Shown one piece after another: positions 47,251 to 57,591 of a stretch of DNA of 64,000 nucleotides (position 1 is the stretch's first letter; every line of letters starts with the position of its first letter). The stretch covers positions 2,848,001 through 2,912,000 of the forward strand of contig CBDCJH010000002.1 of NCBI GenBank assembly GCA_965217775.1. The letters run 5' to 3'. The stretch comes from Acidobacteriota bacterium. GTDB lineage: Bacteria; Acidobacteriota; UBA6911; RPQK01; JAJDTT01. A model generated the notes under the pieces. The model saw only the letters and a program-made list of their open reading frames with translations, was not told the DNA's origin and made no database searches. The position numbers were made by a program, and so were the translations under genes.

Positions 47251-48355
47251 CGGCCAAGCTGCCGGCCAGACGCCGGCCCAAGCTCTTCTCATCCGGCGGC
47301 GCCTGCGCGAACACCTTGCTCCAGACTCCCGGACGCTCCATGCACAAATAGACGGGAGTCCTGGGGCTGCGAGCCCTGACCCACTCCACGGCCGAACGGT
47401 ACATCCGCACCCGAATCGGCCAGAAGTAGCGAAGCTTGCCGTCCGGGACCGGGACCAGCTCGCCCAGCGGAAGTGCACTCCGGGGAAAACGGGACCTCAT
47501 GAAGGCTTTCAACTCCGCGCTCAGGCGGAGGCTGCCCAGGGAAATCCAGGAGACGGACTCGGGCGGTAAACGGCGGAAAATCTCGTCGACCAGATCCTCG
47601 TAGTCCCGCTCCCATCCCGAGTAATGGATCATGGGGTCCAGGTGGAACCCGACCCGGTACCCGTCGAGTACACAACGTTCCGCTGCCTTCAGCCGCCGTT
47701 CGATGCCCGCCGTGCGATGTTCCTCGCTCGCCTGGACCGTCCTGGGGTTGATGGACCAGGACACCACGGTGCGTCCGCCATGGTCCAGCCCCATCAGGTT
47801 GTCCACGCAATCCGACTTGGTCTTGAACTCCAGGATCGCGTTGTCGTAGCCGGAGAAGAATTCCACCAAAGGGACCGAATAGCGGGTCAGCGGATCCAGG
47901 GCCAGGCTGTCGGCCAGCTCGCCCGTGCCCACCCGGAAGGGGGTCTTGGGATGGGATCCGAAGCGGGTCTCAAGCTCCTGGATCAGGTCCCGATAGTTGG
48001 CGTAGACGACCAGGTGGGGGAAGTTGAGGTGGGTCTGGAGATAGCAGTAGCTGCACTCCATGTGGCAGTTGCTGGCGTAATTGACGACGAAGTAGTTGCA
48101 GCAGACGTTCCGCTCTCCCCGTGACCGGCTGGCCGGACAGTCCTTGAAGAAGCGGCCCTTGTGCCGAGCCAACACCAGGGATCTCTTGGCCGCTGCCGGA
48201 GAAGGACTCCAGCGGCGGGATTCGGACAGCAGGGTACGGGAGTCCTCGAGCCATTCGACCGGTGTGGAGGGCAGCCGGCGCAGCACGTTTCGTGTGATCC
48301 ACGAGTCCGCCACGCAGCGTTCCACGTAGATCCTGTCCGGTTTGTACGCAATCAT
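47234..48355 (-). CDS. Radical SAM protein, spore photoproduct lyase (SplB)-like family
   Basis: NCHMECSYCYLQ CX3CX2C motif, GTGELADSL, EFKTKS, VVSWSINP, GKLRY, YLCME. Confidence 0.85.
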   Translation of the reverse strand: MIAYKPDRIYVERCVADSWITRNVLRRLPSTPVEWLEDSRTLLSESRRWSPSPAAAKRSLVLARHKGRFFKDCPASRSRGERNVCCNYFVVNYASNCHMECSYCYLQTHLNFPHLVVYANYRDLIQELETRFGSHPKTPFRVGTGELADSLALDPLTRYSVPLVEFFSGYDNAILEFKTKSDCVDNLMGLDHGGRTVVSWSINPRTVQASEEHRTAGIERRLKAAERCVLDGYRVGFHLDPMIHYSGWERDYEDLVDEIFRRLPPESVSWISLGSLRLSAELKAFMRSRFPRSALPLGELVPVPDGKLRYFWPIRVRMYRSAVEWVRARSPRTPVYLCMERPGVWSKVFAQAPPDEKSLGRRLAGSLAVTAAR

Positions 48356-48424
48356 GGCGTCGGCCTCCGCCCATCCCTTCCGCTGCCGGCGGGGGACACA
48401 CTACAGCTTATCAGTCCCTCTTGA

Positions 48425-48461
48425 CAGCCCGTGGCAAAAGTCGTCACGGCATTCGACCGTC
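48425..48461. repeat. Truncated left end of MITE family A
   Basis: CAGCCCGTGGCAAAAGTCGTCACGGCATTCGACCGTC, identical to the start of the 1734 copy. Confidence 0.75.
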
Positions 48462-48469
48462 ATGGTCCG

Positions 48470-49471
48470 TCACAACAGCTCGAAGATCCGTCCCAGCTCC
48501 GGACGGCCGGCCATTTCCTCGAGCCTGCCCACCAGGTGGCGAAACTCGGCGGGGTTGCGGCAGGAGAAGGAGACCGAGAGCAGATCCCCCTCGAAATAGG
48601 GAGGAACCTGCAAGCGGATCTGGGGTGGAACCTTGAGACCCCCCTTCAACCTGCGGTACCGATCCTGATGACGGGACAAGTGGGGCCGGCGCAATCGATG
48701 GAGACACTCCAGGATCCTGCGAAGACGCAGGGGGCGGACCGTCCGGGCGTCCTCATCCGCTTCCCTGGCGCCCGACGCCTCCCAGACCCGATCCAGCGCC
48801 CCGGACCCGCGTGGCCGCTCGGCGGACCTGAGGTCGTCCAACAGATCGAACAGTTCCCGCTGCCGGTTCCGCCCGGGTTCGTACCGTTCCAGGAGATCGA
48901 GAAACAGCTGGCGCTCCACAGCCGTCCAAGCCGCGAGCCTGAGCGCCGTCGCCGGGTCCAGGGCGCGATGAACGGCACGCTGCAAGGCCTCGTCGAGGCG
49001 CCCGAGGCGGAGGAAGAAGCGGAGACGGTAGCGGCTGGGCGAGGTGTTCAGGAGCGGCAGATAGCGCTCGATGAGTGCCTCTTCCCGGACCTCGAATTGC
49101 TCCCGGAGCTTGACCAGAGCCCGAGCCCGCTCCAGATCGTGAAGCGGACCGGCCGCTTTCTCCGCCAGCGCCCACTCGAAGAGCTGCCAGTCCGACGCCC
49201 GGCTCCAGACCAACGCCGGCGCCGCACGCAAACCGGCCTCCCGAGCCGCCCGGTAGCGGCGGAATCCCATGGCGATTCTCAGATTGCCCGCCGCAGCCGG
49301 CTGCAGGTGCAAGGGGGTCACCACTCCCACGCTCCGGACGGAGGCCGCCAATCGATCCATGGGGAACCAGTCGGGAGTGATGGCCAGGGTCTCATCCGAG
49401 CCGTCGATACGGGCCAGTTCCACAGCTTCCAGGGCGGGAGGCGGCTCCGGAAATATCATGGCGGGGATCAA
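48470..49471 (-). CDS. ParB/Srx N-terminal domain protein
   Basis: LAASVRSVGVVTPL, IAMGFRRYRAA, LERARAL; helical C-terminus. Confidence 0.7.
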   Translation of the reverse strand: MIPAMIFPEPPPALEAVELARIDGSDETLAITPDWFPMDRLAASVRSVGVVTPLHLQPAAAGNLRIAMGFRRYRAAREAGLRAAPALVWSRASDWQLFEWALAEKAAGPLHDLERARALVKLREQFEVREEALIERYLPLLNTSPSRYRLRFFLRLGRLDEALQRAVHRALDPATALRLAAWTAVERQLFLDLLERYEPGRNRQRELFDLLDDLRSAERPRGSGALDRVWEASGAREADEDARTVRPLRLRRILECLHRLRRPHLSRHQDRYRRLKGGLKVPPQIRLQVPPYFEGDLLSVSFSCRNPAEFRHLVGRLEEMAGRPELGRIFELL

Positions 49472-49627
49472 CCTCGGAAGCGACCGGTCGGCCGGTGTTT
49501 GTTCACGGAAACGACACCCAGGCGGACCGAAGGGAGATTGAACCTGGGACGCGCCTTGTGGTAGTGTCGCTCCTACTTGCTTTGAGCCTAAACCTTATTA
49601 CACTGCATGAGAAGGGTACAGCAATTG

Positions 49628-50626
49628 ATGACATTCAAAGCACGGCGAAAGGGTCTGCGGATCGGATTGGCCTTTGCCCTGACGGCCTTGGTACTGAACC
49701 CCCTGGCGGGACAACAGAAGGTCCCCTACAGCATCCAGGATTATCAGATCTACAAGGCAGCCATCGACGAACCGGATCTGGGTAAACGGGAAAACGCCAT
49801 CGTCGGCTTCATGAAGGCCAAGCCCTCTTCGAAGCTGAGCGAGTATGCCCTGGGCAACTACGTGAAGTTGCTGCAGGAGTACCAGACCAAGGCCAACCAT
49901 CGGAAGGTGGTATCGGCCGGGGAGAAGCTTCTGGCCCTGAAACCGAACGAGCCCAATGCGCTGAGGATGGTGACCTACGCCGCATTCCAGAGCCGGCAGC
50001 TTCAGAAGGCGGCCCAGTACGGCGAAAAATTCTACGCCAAAATGCCGTCGGCCGGACTCGCCTACATTCTGGCCCTTTCCTACGGGACCAAGAATCAGGC
50101 CAAGTACATCTCCTACGGCGAGAAGGCGGTGGCCGGGCTCAAGGCCGCCGAGACCTTCCAGATCGTGGCGGAGCTGACCAATATCTACGTGGGCAAAAAG
50201 CAGTGGAAGAGGGCGTCCGAGTATGGCCGCAAGACCATCAGGGCCTTCTCCGCGATCAAGAAACCGCAGGGCACCTCCCAGGCGGAATGGGACAAATACG
50301 TCAAGCTGCAGACGGCCGTTGCCCACGGCGCCGTGGCTCGTAACGCCGCCGAGTCCAGGAACTGGGGAGGCGCCATCTCCAGCTACAGCCGGGCCCTGCG
50401 CGCCACCTCCTCGCCGGGGCTCAGGGGAGAAGCCTACTTCTATATCGGGATGGGGCGATGGCAGCAGAATCGGATCGATGACGCCATGAAGGCTTTCGCC
50501 CGCGGCTCCGTCCAACGAAGGGCGCCTCATTCCAAGCATTGCCGCAAGCACCTGGAACAGCTCTACAAGTCCACCCACAACGACTCCCTCGCTGGAATCG
50601 AAGAGTTCGTCGAGCGGGTCAACTGA
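49628..50626 (+). CDS. Secreted TPR-like helical repeat protein
   Basis: Signal peptide; Ala/Tyr/Lys-rich helical repeats (GEAYFYIGMGRW). Confidence 0.7.
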   Translation: MTFKARRKGLRIGLAFALTALVLNPLAGQQKVPYSIQDYQIYKAAIDEPDLGKRENAIVGFMKAKPSSKLSEYALGNYVKLLQEYQTKANHRKVVSAGEKLLALKPNEPNALRMVTYAAFQSRQLQKAAQYGEKFYAKMPSAGLAYILALSYGTKNQAKYISYGEKAVAGLKAAETFQIVAELTNIYVGKKQWKRASEYGRKTIRAFSAIKKPQGTSQAEWDKYVKLQTAVAHGAVARNAAESRNWGGAISSYSRALRATSSPGLRGEAYFYIGMGRWQQNRIDDAMKAFARGSVQRRAPHSKHCRKHLEQLYKSTHNDSLAGIEEFVERVN

Positions 50627-50658
50627 GTCATCCAGTCTGCCACCGGCAGATTCACCTC

Positions 50659-50697
50659 AAGGGCCGGGAGGGTAAGCCCCTTTCCCGGCCCTTTTTT
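50659..50697 (+). terminator. Rho-independent terminator
   Basis: GGGCCGGGA...TCCCGGCCC hairpin followed by a T6 run. Confidence 0.8.
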
Positions 50698-50759
50698 CAC
50701 ATCCCCATCCTCGCGTTGTCGCCTGCTCCCGCCCGCGACGCCGTATTCATCCCGGTTCC

Positions 50760-52931
50760 ATGGACGAATATCTCCAAAACCTGAACGACCGGCAGAAGCT
50801 GGCGGTCACGACCACCGAGGGTCCCATGCTCGTGGTGGCCGGCGCCGGAAGCGGAAAAACACGGGTCATCACCTGCAAGGTCGCTCACCTGATCCACCAG
50901 GGGAGATGCCGTCCCTGGGAGATCCTGGGAGTCACCTTCACCAACAAGGCGGCCGAGGAAATGCGTCTTCGGGTGGAGGGCCTGCTGCAGGGCCTGGACT
51001 CGGTCCCGAGTCTGTCGACCTTTCATTCCTTCTGCGTCCGGGTTCTGCGCCGGCATGCCGAACACTTGGGCTACGGCCGGGACTTCGCCATCTGCGACAC
51101 GGATGATCAGAACGCCGTTCTCAAGAAGATCTGCAAGGATGCGGGCGTCAGTTCGCCGGTGCGCAGGATCCGAAGCCTCATCAGCAAAAGGAAAAACCAG
51201 AGCCGGAGACGAGTATACGATTTCCACTACGACTCCGACCCCTACGACCAGGAGGGTGTGGAGCCGGTGATGGCGCGCTATCAGGCGCATCTGGAGAAGT
51301 CCAACGCCATGGACTTCGACGACCTGCTTCTGCTCACGGACAAACTGTTTCGGGAACAGCCCGAAATCCGGGAGGCCTGGTCGGAACGATACCGCTATCT
51401 CCTCATCGACGAATACCAGGACACCAACGCCAGTCAATACGCCCTGGTCCGGCATCTGGCGTCGACCCACGGGAACGTGACCGCCGTGGGTGACGAGGAT
51501 CAGTCCATTTACGCCTTTCGAGGAGCGGACGTCGGCAACATTCTCAGCTTTGAAGAGGATTTCCCCGGCGCCGTCGTGGTCAAGCTGGAGCAGAACTACC
51601 GATCCCGCCAGAGCATCCTGGACGCCGCCATGGCGGTCGTCTCTCACAACTCGGAGAGAAAGCCCAAACGGCTCTGGACCCGGAATCCCCACGGGGAGCC
51701 GGTCGAGGTCCATTCGGCGGAGAGTTCATACGCGGAATCCCGGTTCGTGTGCCGGCGGATCGAACGCTACCTCCAACAGGGCGAGACGGGAGTCGCCGTC
51801 TTGTATCGCATCAATTTTCTGTCCCGTCAGTTCGAGGACACTTTGAACCGCTTCGGGCTCCCTTTCCGTCTGGTAGGAGGTGTGAGCTTCTACAAGCGGA
51901 AGGAGGTACGGGACGCCCTCGCCTACCTGAGGGTCGCCCGCAATCCCAGGGACAACCTGGCGTTGGAGCGAATTATCAATACTCCGCCCAGAGGCATCGG
52001 ACCAAAGAGCCTGGCCCGGCTCCGCCTGGGGGCGGCGCGAAACGGCGACTCGCTCTGGGACGCCGTTCGCCGGGACGCCGATCAGGACGATACTCCCCGG
52101 AGGTTGCGAAACGTCCTGGAACGGTTCGTCGCCCTGGTCGGTCAGTGGCGGCAATGGATCGACCTGGAGCAGTCCCTTCAGGTCGTCCTGGAACAGGTCC
52201 TCCATTCCAGCGGCTATGCCCGGGCGCTGGAAAGAGAAGAATCGGAGGAGGCCAACAACAGGCTGTTGAACCTGCAGGAGCTCCTGGGCGTGGCTCGCGA
52301 CCATTCGGGCTCCGGCCGGAGCCTCCAGGAATTCCTGGACGAAACCGCGCTCCGATCGGAAGCGGACGACTACGACGAGGCGGCCCCGGTCACGCTGATG
52401 ACGCTCCACAACGCCAAGGGACTCGAGTTTCCCATCGTCTTCCTGGTGGGAATGGAGGAAAAGCTGCTGCCCCACACCCGGTCGCTGGCGGAGGGCAACG
52501 TGGAAGAAGAACGGCGACTCTGCTACGTGGGAATGACCCGGGCCCGGAAGCGCCTGATCCTCACCCTGGCCCGCACCCGGAGGATGTGGGGGGGAGATGT
52601 GGAGGAGCGCCGCCAAGCGAGCAGCTTCCTGGCCGAGATCCCCCGGCGCCTGGTGCGATACTCCGGACCGGAGTGGTCTCAGGTCCAGCTCTGGGGGACC
52701 GGTCACTCCCCAGGACGTTCCGGGACCCCGGGCTCCGGGTCCGGACGGACGGCGGGCGTCTCCAGGAGCCGGAGCTTCGCCCCGGGGGTCAGAGTGGAGC
52801 ATCCCGAATACGGGCACGGCACCGTCTTGCAGGTCCAGAAGGTCCGGGACGATCTCAAGTTGACCGTCTCGTTCTCCGGGCGGGGGAAAAAAATGTTCTA
52901 CCAGAGATACGCGAGGGTCAAGCTCCTCTGA
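50760..52931 (+). CDS. pcrA: UvrD/PcrA DNA helicase
   Basis: AGAGSGKT, TFTNKAA, DEYQDTN, VGDEDQSIY, LEQNYRS, TLHNAKGLEF, YVGMTRA; C-terminal Tudor-like domain. Confidence 0.92.
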   Translation: MDEYLQNLNDRQKLAVTTTEGPMLVVAGAGSGKTRVITCKVAHLIHQGRCRPWEILGVTFTNKAAEEMRLRVEGLLQGLDSVPSLSTFHSFCVRVLRRHAEHLGYGRDFAICDTDDQNAVLKKICKDAGVSSPVRRIRSLISKRKNQSRRRVYDFHYDSDPYDQEGVEPVMARYQAHLEKSNAMDFDDLLLLTDKLFREQPEIREAWSERYRYLLIDEYQDTNASQYALVRHLASTHGNVTAVGDEDQSIYAFRGADVGNILSFEEDFPGAVVVKLEQNYRSRQSILDAAMAVVSHNSERKPKRLWTRNPHGEPVEVHSAESSYAESRFVCRRIERYLQQGETGVAVLYRINFLSRQFEDTLNRFGLPFRLVGGVSFYKRKEVRDALAYLRVARNPRDNLALERIINTPPRGIGPKSLARLRLGAARNGDSLWDAVRRDADQDDTPRRLRNVLERFVALVGQWRQWIDLEQSLQVVLEQVLHSSGYARALEREESEEANNRLLNLQELLGVARDHSGSGRSLQEFLDETALRSEADDYDEAAPVTLMTLHNAKGLEFPIVFLVGMEEKLLPHTRSLAEGNVEEERRLCYVGMTRARKRLILTLARTRRMWGGDVEERRQASSFLAEIPRRLVRYSGPEWSQVQLWGTGHSPGRSGTPGSGSGRTAGVSRSRSFAPGVRVEHPEYGHGTVLQVQKVRDDLKLTVSFSGRGKKMFYQRYARVKLL

Positions 52932-53069
52932 CCGAGCCGGACCGCGAGTCCGGCACCGGCGTCGTACAATCGCCGGTAGAATGTGAACCCCGGCCGGAGA
53001 CCCGGCGTATAACTTTACGAAAGAACAGACCGACGATCACGATTCGAAATCGAGCGGAGGATAGAAAGC

Positions 53070-54701
53070 ATGACCTTGCGAAACACGCTGTTCCGGCACC
53101 GGTCCGGTGTCGGCTTTCTCGCCGTCCTGGCCGCCTTGGCTTTGGGCATCGCCATTGGAACCGTGCTCGTTCTGGATGGTGTCTCCAGCACGGAGAAAGA
53201 GCCGAACTCTCGACTGAAGACTCCTGAGGGACGGGCAAAACCGCTGGTCGCGGTCAACGGGGCCAGCTTGACGGAAGGTTTCACCCGGGTGGCCGAGACC
53301 GTGGAGGCGGCGGTGGTCAACATCAATACCATCTCCATCGTCAACACGGAGCGGCGCCAGAGGGAGTTGCGGGAGTTCTTCGGAGACAACTTCTGGAACC
53401 GTATGCCCAGGGGACCCGCCCGGCGGACCAGTCTGGGCTCGGGGGTGATCGTCGACAGCCAGGGTTATATCCTCTCCAACCATCATGTGATCGCTCCGGT
53501 CGAGGAGAACGTCGGCCGGCGGGTGGCCGACAAGATCTCCGTGACCCTCCATTCGGGGGAGACCCATCCGGCTGTGGTCGTGGGGGTCGATCATGAGTCG
53601 GACCTGGCCGTGATCAAGATCAAGGCCCCTGAAGCTCTGCCCTTCGTCCCGGTGGGCGATGCCACCGACCTTCGGATCGGCGAGTGGGTGCTGGCCATCG
53701 GCAATCCCTTCGGCGTGGGCAAGACCATCACCGCGGGGATCGTCTCGGCGACGGCGCGAGTCATCGGCGGGCCGGTCATGGGAGCGGCGTTCGGGGACTT
53801 CATTCAGACCGACGCCGCCATCAATCCGGGCAACAGCGGCGGCCCACTGGTAAACATGTCGGGTGAAGTCGTGGGAATCAATACTCTCATCGTCTCCGGT
53901 TCCCGGGGTTCGCAGGGGGTCGGGTTCGCCATCCCTTCCACAGTCTTCGTCAACTCCTACAACCAGCTCTTGAGCAAGGGAAAGATCGAACGGGGCTGGA
54001 TGGGAATCTCCATGAACGACCGGCCCCTGAACCCGGAGATGGCCGAGTATTTCGGAGTCGCGGGAGAAGATCCGGACGGGATCAAGGACGGTGACGGCGT
54101 GCTGATCACGCAATTGGTAAACGAGAGAGGCGAGCCGAACGAGACCGGACCGGCATACGACGCAGGAATCCGGGAAGAGGACATCATCGTGAAACTGGGA
54201 GACCAGGAGGTGGAAACCAACTTCGACCTGCGTGTGACCGTGGCCAACACTCCTCCCGGGGACGAGCTTCCCGTGGTGGTGGTCCGCCGGGGAGAAGTGA
54301 AGAACTTCACGGTGATGCTGGCCGAACGCACGATGGAGGCCCAGGAACGGTCGGAGGCCGGAGGACTATCCTTCGAAGCGGAGGAGGACCAGGAGAAACG
54401 GCGCAAAGAGATCGGGCTGAGGTGGCGTACCTTGAATCCCCGGGATTCCGACCAGTTGGGACTGGACGAGGAGGGTGGTGTGTTCATCACCGAGATCTGG
54501 CCCGGCAGTCTCGGCGACGAGGCGGGGCTGAGGCGTTTCGATATCATCACCCACGTGAACGGGAAAGCGGTGCAGACCGACCGCGAGTTCAAGGAGACCA
54601 TCGACGGCATCGAGCCGGACCACGCCATCATCCTCCGTGTCGTGAGCATCAATCAGAACCGAAGACCCTCCGTGCGTTACGTCTCGTTCCGGAAACCCTG
54701 A
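53070..54701 (+). CDS. HtrA/DegP serine protease with two PDZ domains
   Basis: GSGVIV, SNHHV, SDLAV, IQTDAAINPGNSGGPL. Confidence 0.92.
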   Translation: MTLRNTLFRHRSGVGFLAVLAALALGIAIGTVLVLDGVSSTEKEPNSRLKTPEGRAKPLVAVNGASLTEGFTRVAETVEAAVVNINTISIVNTERRQRELREFFGDNFWNRMPRGPARRTSLGSGVIVDSQGYILSNHHVIAPVEENVGRRVADKISVTLHSGETHPAVVVGVDHESDLAVIKIKAPEALPFVPVGDATDLRIGEWVLAIGNPFGVGKTITAGIVSATARVIGGPVMGAAFGDFIQTDAAINPGNSGGPLVNMSGEVVGINTLIVSGSRGSQGVGFAIPSTVFVNSYNQLLSKGKIERGWMGISMNDRPLNPEMAEYFGVAGEDPDGIKDGDGVLITQLVNERGEPNETGPAYDAGIREEDIIVKLGDQEVETNFDLRVTVANTPPGDELPVVVVRRGEVKNFTVMLAERTMEAQERSEAGGLSFEAEEDQEKRRKEIGLRWRTLNPRDSDQLGLDEEGGVFITEIWPGSLGDEAGLRRFDIITHVNGKAVQTDREFKETIDGIEPDHAIILRVVSINQNRRPSVRYVSFRKP

Positions 54702-54735
54702 GGACAATCTCCAACCCTGGTGAGGGCTCGCTCTA

Positions 54736-55539
54736 TTGATCCCGACTGACGTGGAGGCTCCACCGGATTGGTTGTGCGTCCTGAGCCCGCCACTGGACGG
54801 CGCTTCCAACATGCGGATCGACCGGCGGTTGCAGCTCTTCACGGAGCAAAGCTGCCGCCGCGTGACGCTGGTTCGTTTCTACGGTTGGACGGAACCGACC
54901 GTCTCATTGGGATGTCATCAAAGTCCTGACCTGGCTTTCGCCAAGAACTACTGCCGGACGCACGGCATCCCGTGGGTCCATCGTCCCACCGGCGGTCGAG
55001 CCGTATTCCACCACGATGAACTCACCTACATGGTGACATCCAACGACAGCCGCCATTTTCCGCTGCAGAGCGTCCGGAGGATCCACCGCGAGATTTCTTC
55101 GGCTTTGCAGGCCGGGTTGTCCCGGCTGGGAATCCGCCCCGTATCGGCGCCCGGAGACAGGCTCCGGGACCGGGCTCTGACACGAGCCCAAAAACCCTGT
55201 TTCGTGGCGCCGTCACGGCACGAACTCGTCCAGGGCACGAGAAAGATGGTGGGGAGCGCCCAGAAGAAGACGAAGCGCAGCTTTCTGCAGCATGGTTCGA
55301 TTCCGTTGGTGATTCACTACGATCTCATGGCCGCCGCCCTGGGAGTCGATGCGGAGTTTCTGAGATCGAGGACCGTCAGTGTGTCGGAAGCCGCAGGCAG
55401 GCCGGTCTCCTTCGGCGAGTTGTCCCAAGCCCTGATTCAGGGCTTTCAGCAGGTATTCGGCATCCGTTTCCGGAAGACGATTGACGACTCCCGGGAGTGG
55501 TCTCCGGGCATTGCCTCCGGCCAAGCCGTTATGCTATAA
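54736..55539 (+). CDS. Lipoate-protein ligase A / LipM-like octanoyltransferase
   Basis: NMRID, VSLG, RPTGGRAVFH, KMVGSAQ, LQHGSI. Confidence 0.85.
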   Translation: MIPTDVEAPPDWLCVLSPPLDGASNMRIDRRLQLFTEQSCRRVTLVRFYGWTEPTVSLGCHQSPDLAFAKNYCRTHGIPWVHRPTGGRAVFHHDELTYMVTSNDSRHFPLQSVRRIHREISSALQAGLSRLGIRPVSAPGDRLRDRALTRAQKPCFVAPSRHELVQGTRKMVGSAQKKTKRSFLQHGSIPLVIHYDLMAAALGVDAEFLRSRTVSVSEAAGRPVSFGELSQALIQGFQQVFGIRFRKTIDDSREWSPGIASGQAVML

Positions 55540-55574
55540 AACCTCGGCAATCTACAGAGTTTTACTGGTCCGTG

Positions 55575-56639
55575 ATGACGAAGAGTAAGCCCTCGGCGGA
55601 ACTCACTCAACGCGCTCACCAACTGCTCCACCTGCTGGTTCTCGAGTACATTCGAACCGGCGTACCCGTCGGCTCCAAGAGGTTGGCGTCTCTCCATCGG
55701 GAGGGGATCAGTCCCGCGACCATTCGAGCCATCATGGCCCGGCTGGAACAAGCGGGATTCCTGAACCAGCCCCACACGTCCGCGGGAAGAGTCCCCACCA
55801 CCAAGGGCTTTCAGTTCTATATCGACGGGTTGGAGAGGACTCCTGACCTGCCCCACCGGCAAGTGGCCCGGATCCGGCAGATGCTGGAGCAGGAGACGGA
55901 TCCTGGCGACCTCATGGTCCAGACGTCTCAGATCCTTTCCCGGCATTCCAACAATCTCGGGTTCGTCCTGGCTCCGCCGCAGTCGGTGTCATTTCTCAAA
56001 CGAATCGAGTTCGTGAAAATCTCATCCCGACGGATCCTGGCCATACTGGTAACTCGCGCAGGCTTGGTTCAGAGTCGCCTGATCGCGTCCAGCCGGGATC
56101 TGAATCAGGAGGATCTGGACCGGGCCGGCCGCTTTTTCCAAGAGGAATTCCAGGGACAGACCCTGTCCCATATCCGTCGTGAACTCCGGAGACTTCAGAC
56201 CTGCAGCAGACGGGAGGCCCGTCCTCGCACCGACGCCATCCGTCTGGGATCGGCCAGCCTGTTCAGATCGCGGAGAAACCCAGGGAGCGATTCCGAGGTC
56301 TATTTCGGCGGGACCTCGCGGCTGCTTCAACAACCGGAGTTGACCGATCAGGATCGGGCAGCCGGTCTGTTCAGGACCATGGAGAGAAAGAGCCGCTTGG
56401 CCAAGGTTCTCACCGAACGTCTCGATGCCGACCAACCGGCTCCACGTGTGACCTTGGATCTGGATCGTCACATTCCGGAGATGCGGGGTTGGGCCATGAT
56501 CTCCTCACCCTATCTCTACCGGGAAAGAGTGGCGGGCAGCTTGGGAATTCTCGGTCCCAGGCGCATGAAATACGACAAGGGGATCAGCTTGGTCGGATAT
56601 GTAGCCCGGCTCTTCGGTCAGATCCTGAGCGCGGCGTGA
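55575..56639 (+). CDS. hrcA: Heat-inducible transcription repressor HrcA
   Basis: YIRTGVPVGSK, SPATIR, QPHTSAGRVPT, GILGPRRMKY. Confidence 0.95.
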   Translation: MTKSKPSAELTQRAHQLLHLLVLEYIRTGVPVGSKRLASLHREGISPATIRAIMARLEQAGFLNQPHTSAGRVPTTKGFQFYIDGLERTPDLPHRQVARIRQMLEQETDPGDLMVQTSQILSRHSNNLGFVLAPPQSVSFLKRIEFVKISSRRILAILVTRAGLVQSRLIASSRDLNQEDLDRAGRFFQEEFQGQTLSHIRRELRRLQTCSRREARPRTDAIRLGSASLFRSRRNPGSDSEVYFGGTSRLLQQPELTDQDRAAGLFRTMERKSRLAKVLTERLDADQPAPRVTLDLDRHIPEMRGWAMISSPYLYRERVAGSLGILGPRRMKYDKGISLVGYVARLFGQILSAA

Positions 56640-56673
56640 CCCGCCGCCAGATAGTCGACACGCGGTTTGAGCG

Positions 56674-56811
56674 CTAGCCCGCATTTCTCACCAGGCCGCT
56701 ATGTGTATGATGAAAAATATCTTTCTCATAGGCATTTACGCAATTTTTCCCAACGTCGCTCCGGAACCGACTGCGCTGGGCGCGCGCTCGCTGGTGAGAA
56801 ATGCGGGCTAG
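56674..56811. mobile_element. MITE family B, short copy (inverted relative to 37098)
   Basis: CTAGCCCGCATTTCTCACCAG...CTGGTGAGAAATGCGGGCTAG; interior matches the reverse complement of ~37222-37345. Confidence 0.8.
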
Positions 56812-56913
56812 AACCGGGCCTTGTCCTTTACCGTCTCGAAACGATCCCGTCTAACCTGAAACTTGCTCACGCGAAACCGCCGTGACCGGCAAGACCGAAA
56901 AGAGTTGAAGACA

Positions 56914-57510
56914 ATGGAACGACCAGAAGAAATCGAAAATCAATCCGAAGTCTCTTCCGACGAAGACGGTCAGGAAGGGCCGCAGGACGATCCTGCCCCG
57001 GCCGAGACCACCGAGTCGATTTACGAAGATGCTCTTGAGGACCTCGCCAGGCAGCGAGACGAATACTACGACCTGCTGCTCCGAAAACAGGCCGAGTTCG
57101 ACAACTACCGCAAGCGGACGGAGAAGAACCGATTCGAAGCCCGGCTTCAGGGACAGGCGGACCTGGTGGTCGAGCTGCTTCCCGTACTGGATGCCTGTGC
57201 CAAGGGACTGGAGGTCATGTCGGCGGCCGATCCGGATCCCGCCCTCACCCCGTATCTGGAAGGCTACCGCCTGCTCGCCGAACAGATGAAGGCGGTGTTG
57301 GAGAAGTTTCAGGTGACGACCGCTCCCGGAGTCGGCAGCCAGTTCGACCCCAGAGTTCACGAGGCGGTGCTTCGGGAGTTCACCCGGGAACATGAGGACG
57401 GCACCGTGATCGAGGAGTATCGGCCCGGTTACCTGATCCGGCGCCGGCTCCTCCGGGCCGCCCAGGTCAAGGTGGCCATGCTTCCACCGGACGAACCTCC
57501 GGGTCGGTAA
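56914..57510 (+). CDS. grpE: Nucleotide exchange factor GrpE
   Basis: RKQAEFDNYRKR, LLPVLD, FDPRVHEA, GY...LLRAAQV. Confidence 0.95.
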   Translation: MERPEEIENQSEVSSDEDGQEGPQDDPAPAETTESIYEDALEDLARQRDEYYDLLLRKQAEFDNYRKRTEKNRFEARLQGQADLVVELLPVLDACAKGLEVMSAADPDPALTPYLEGYRLLAEQMKAVLEKFQVTTAPGVGSQFDPRVHEAVLREFTREHEDGTVIEEYRPGYLIRRRLLRAAQVKVAMLPPDEPPGR

Positions 57511-57591
57511 GGGGCCCAGTCTTGGGTCCCTGCCCAGGGACCGGGGTCTGGTGGGAAACTCGGGTCAGTCCGCACCGCAGAGTGGAACACC

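Noticed and set aside
55500-55575. CIRCE operator upstream of hrcA or grpE
   Set aside because: No TTAGCACTC-N9-GAGTGCTAA match is visible
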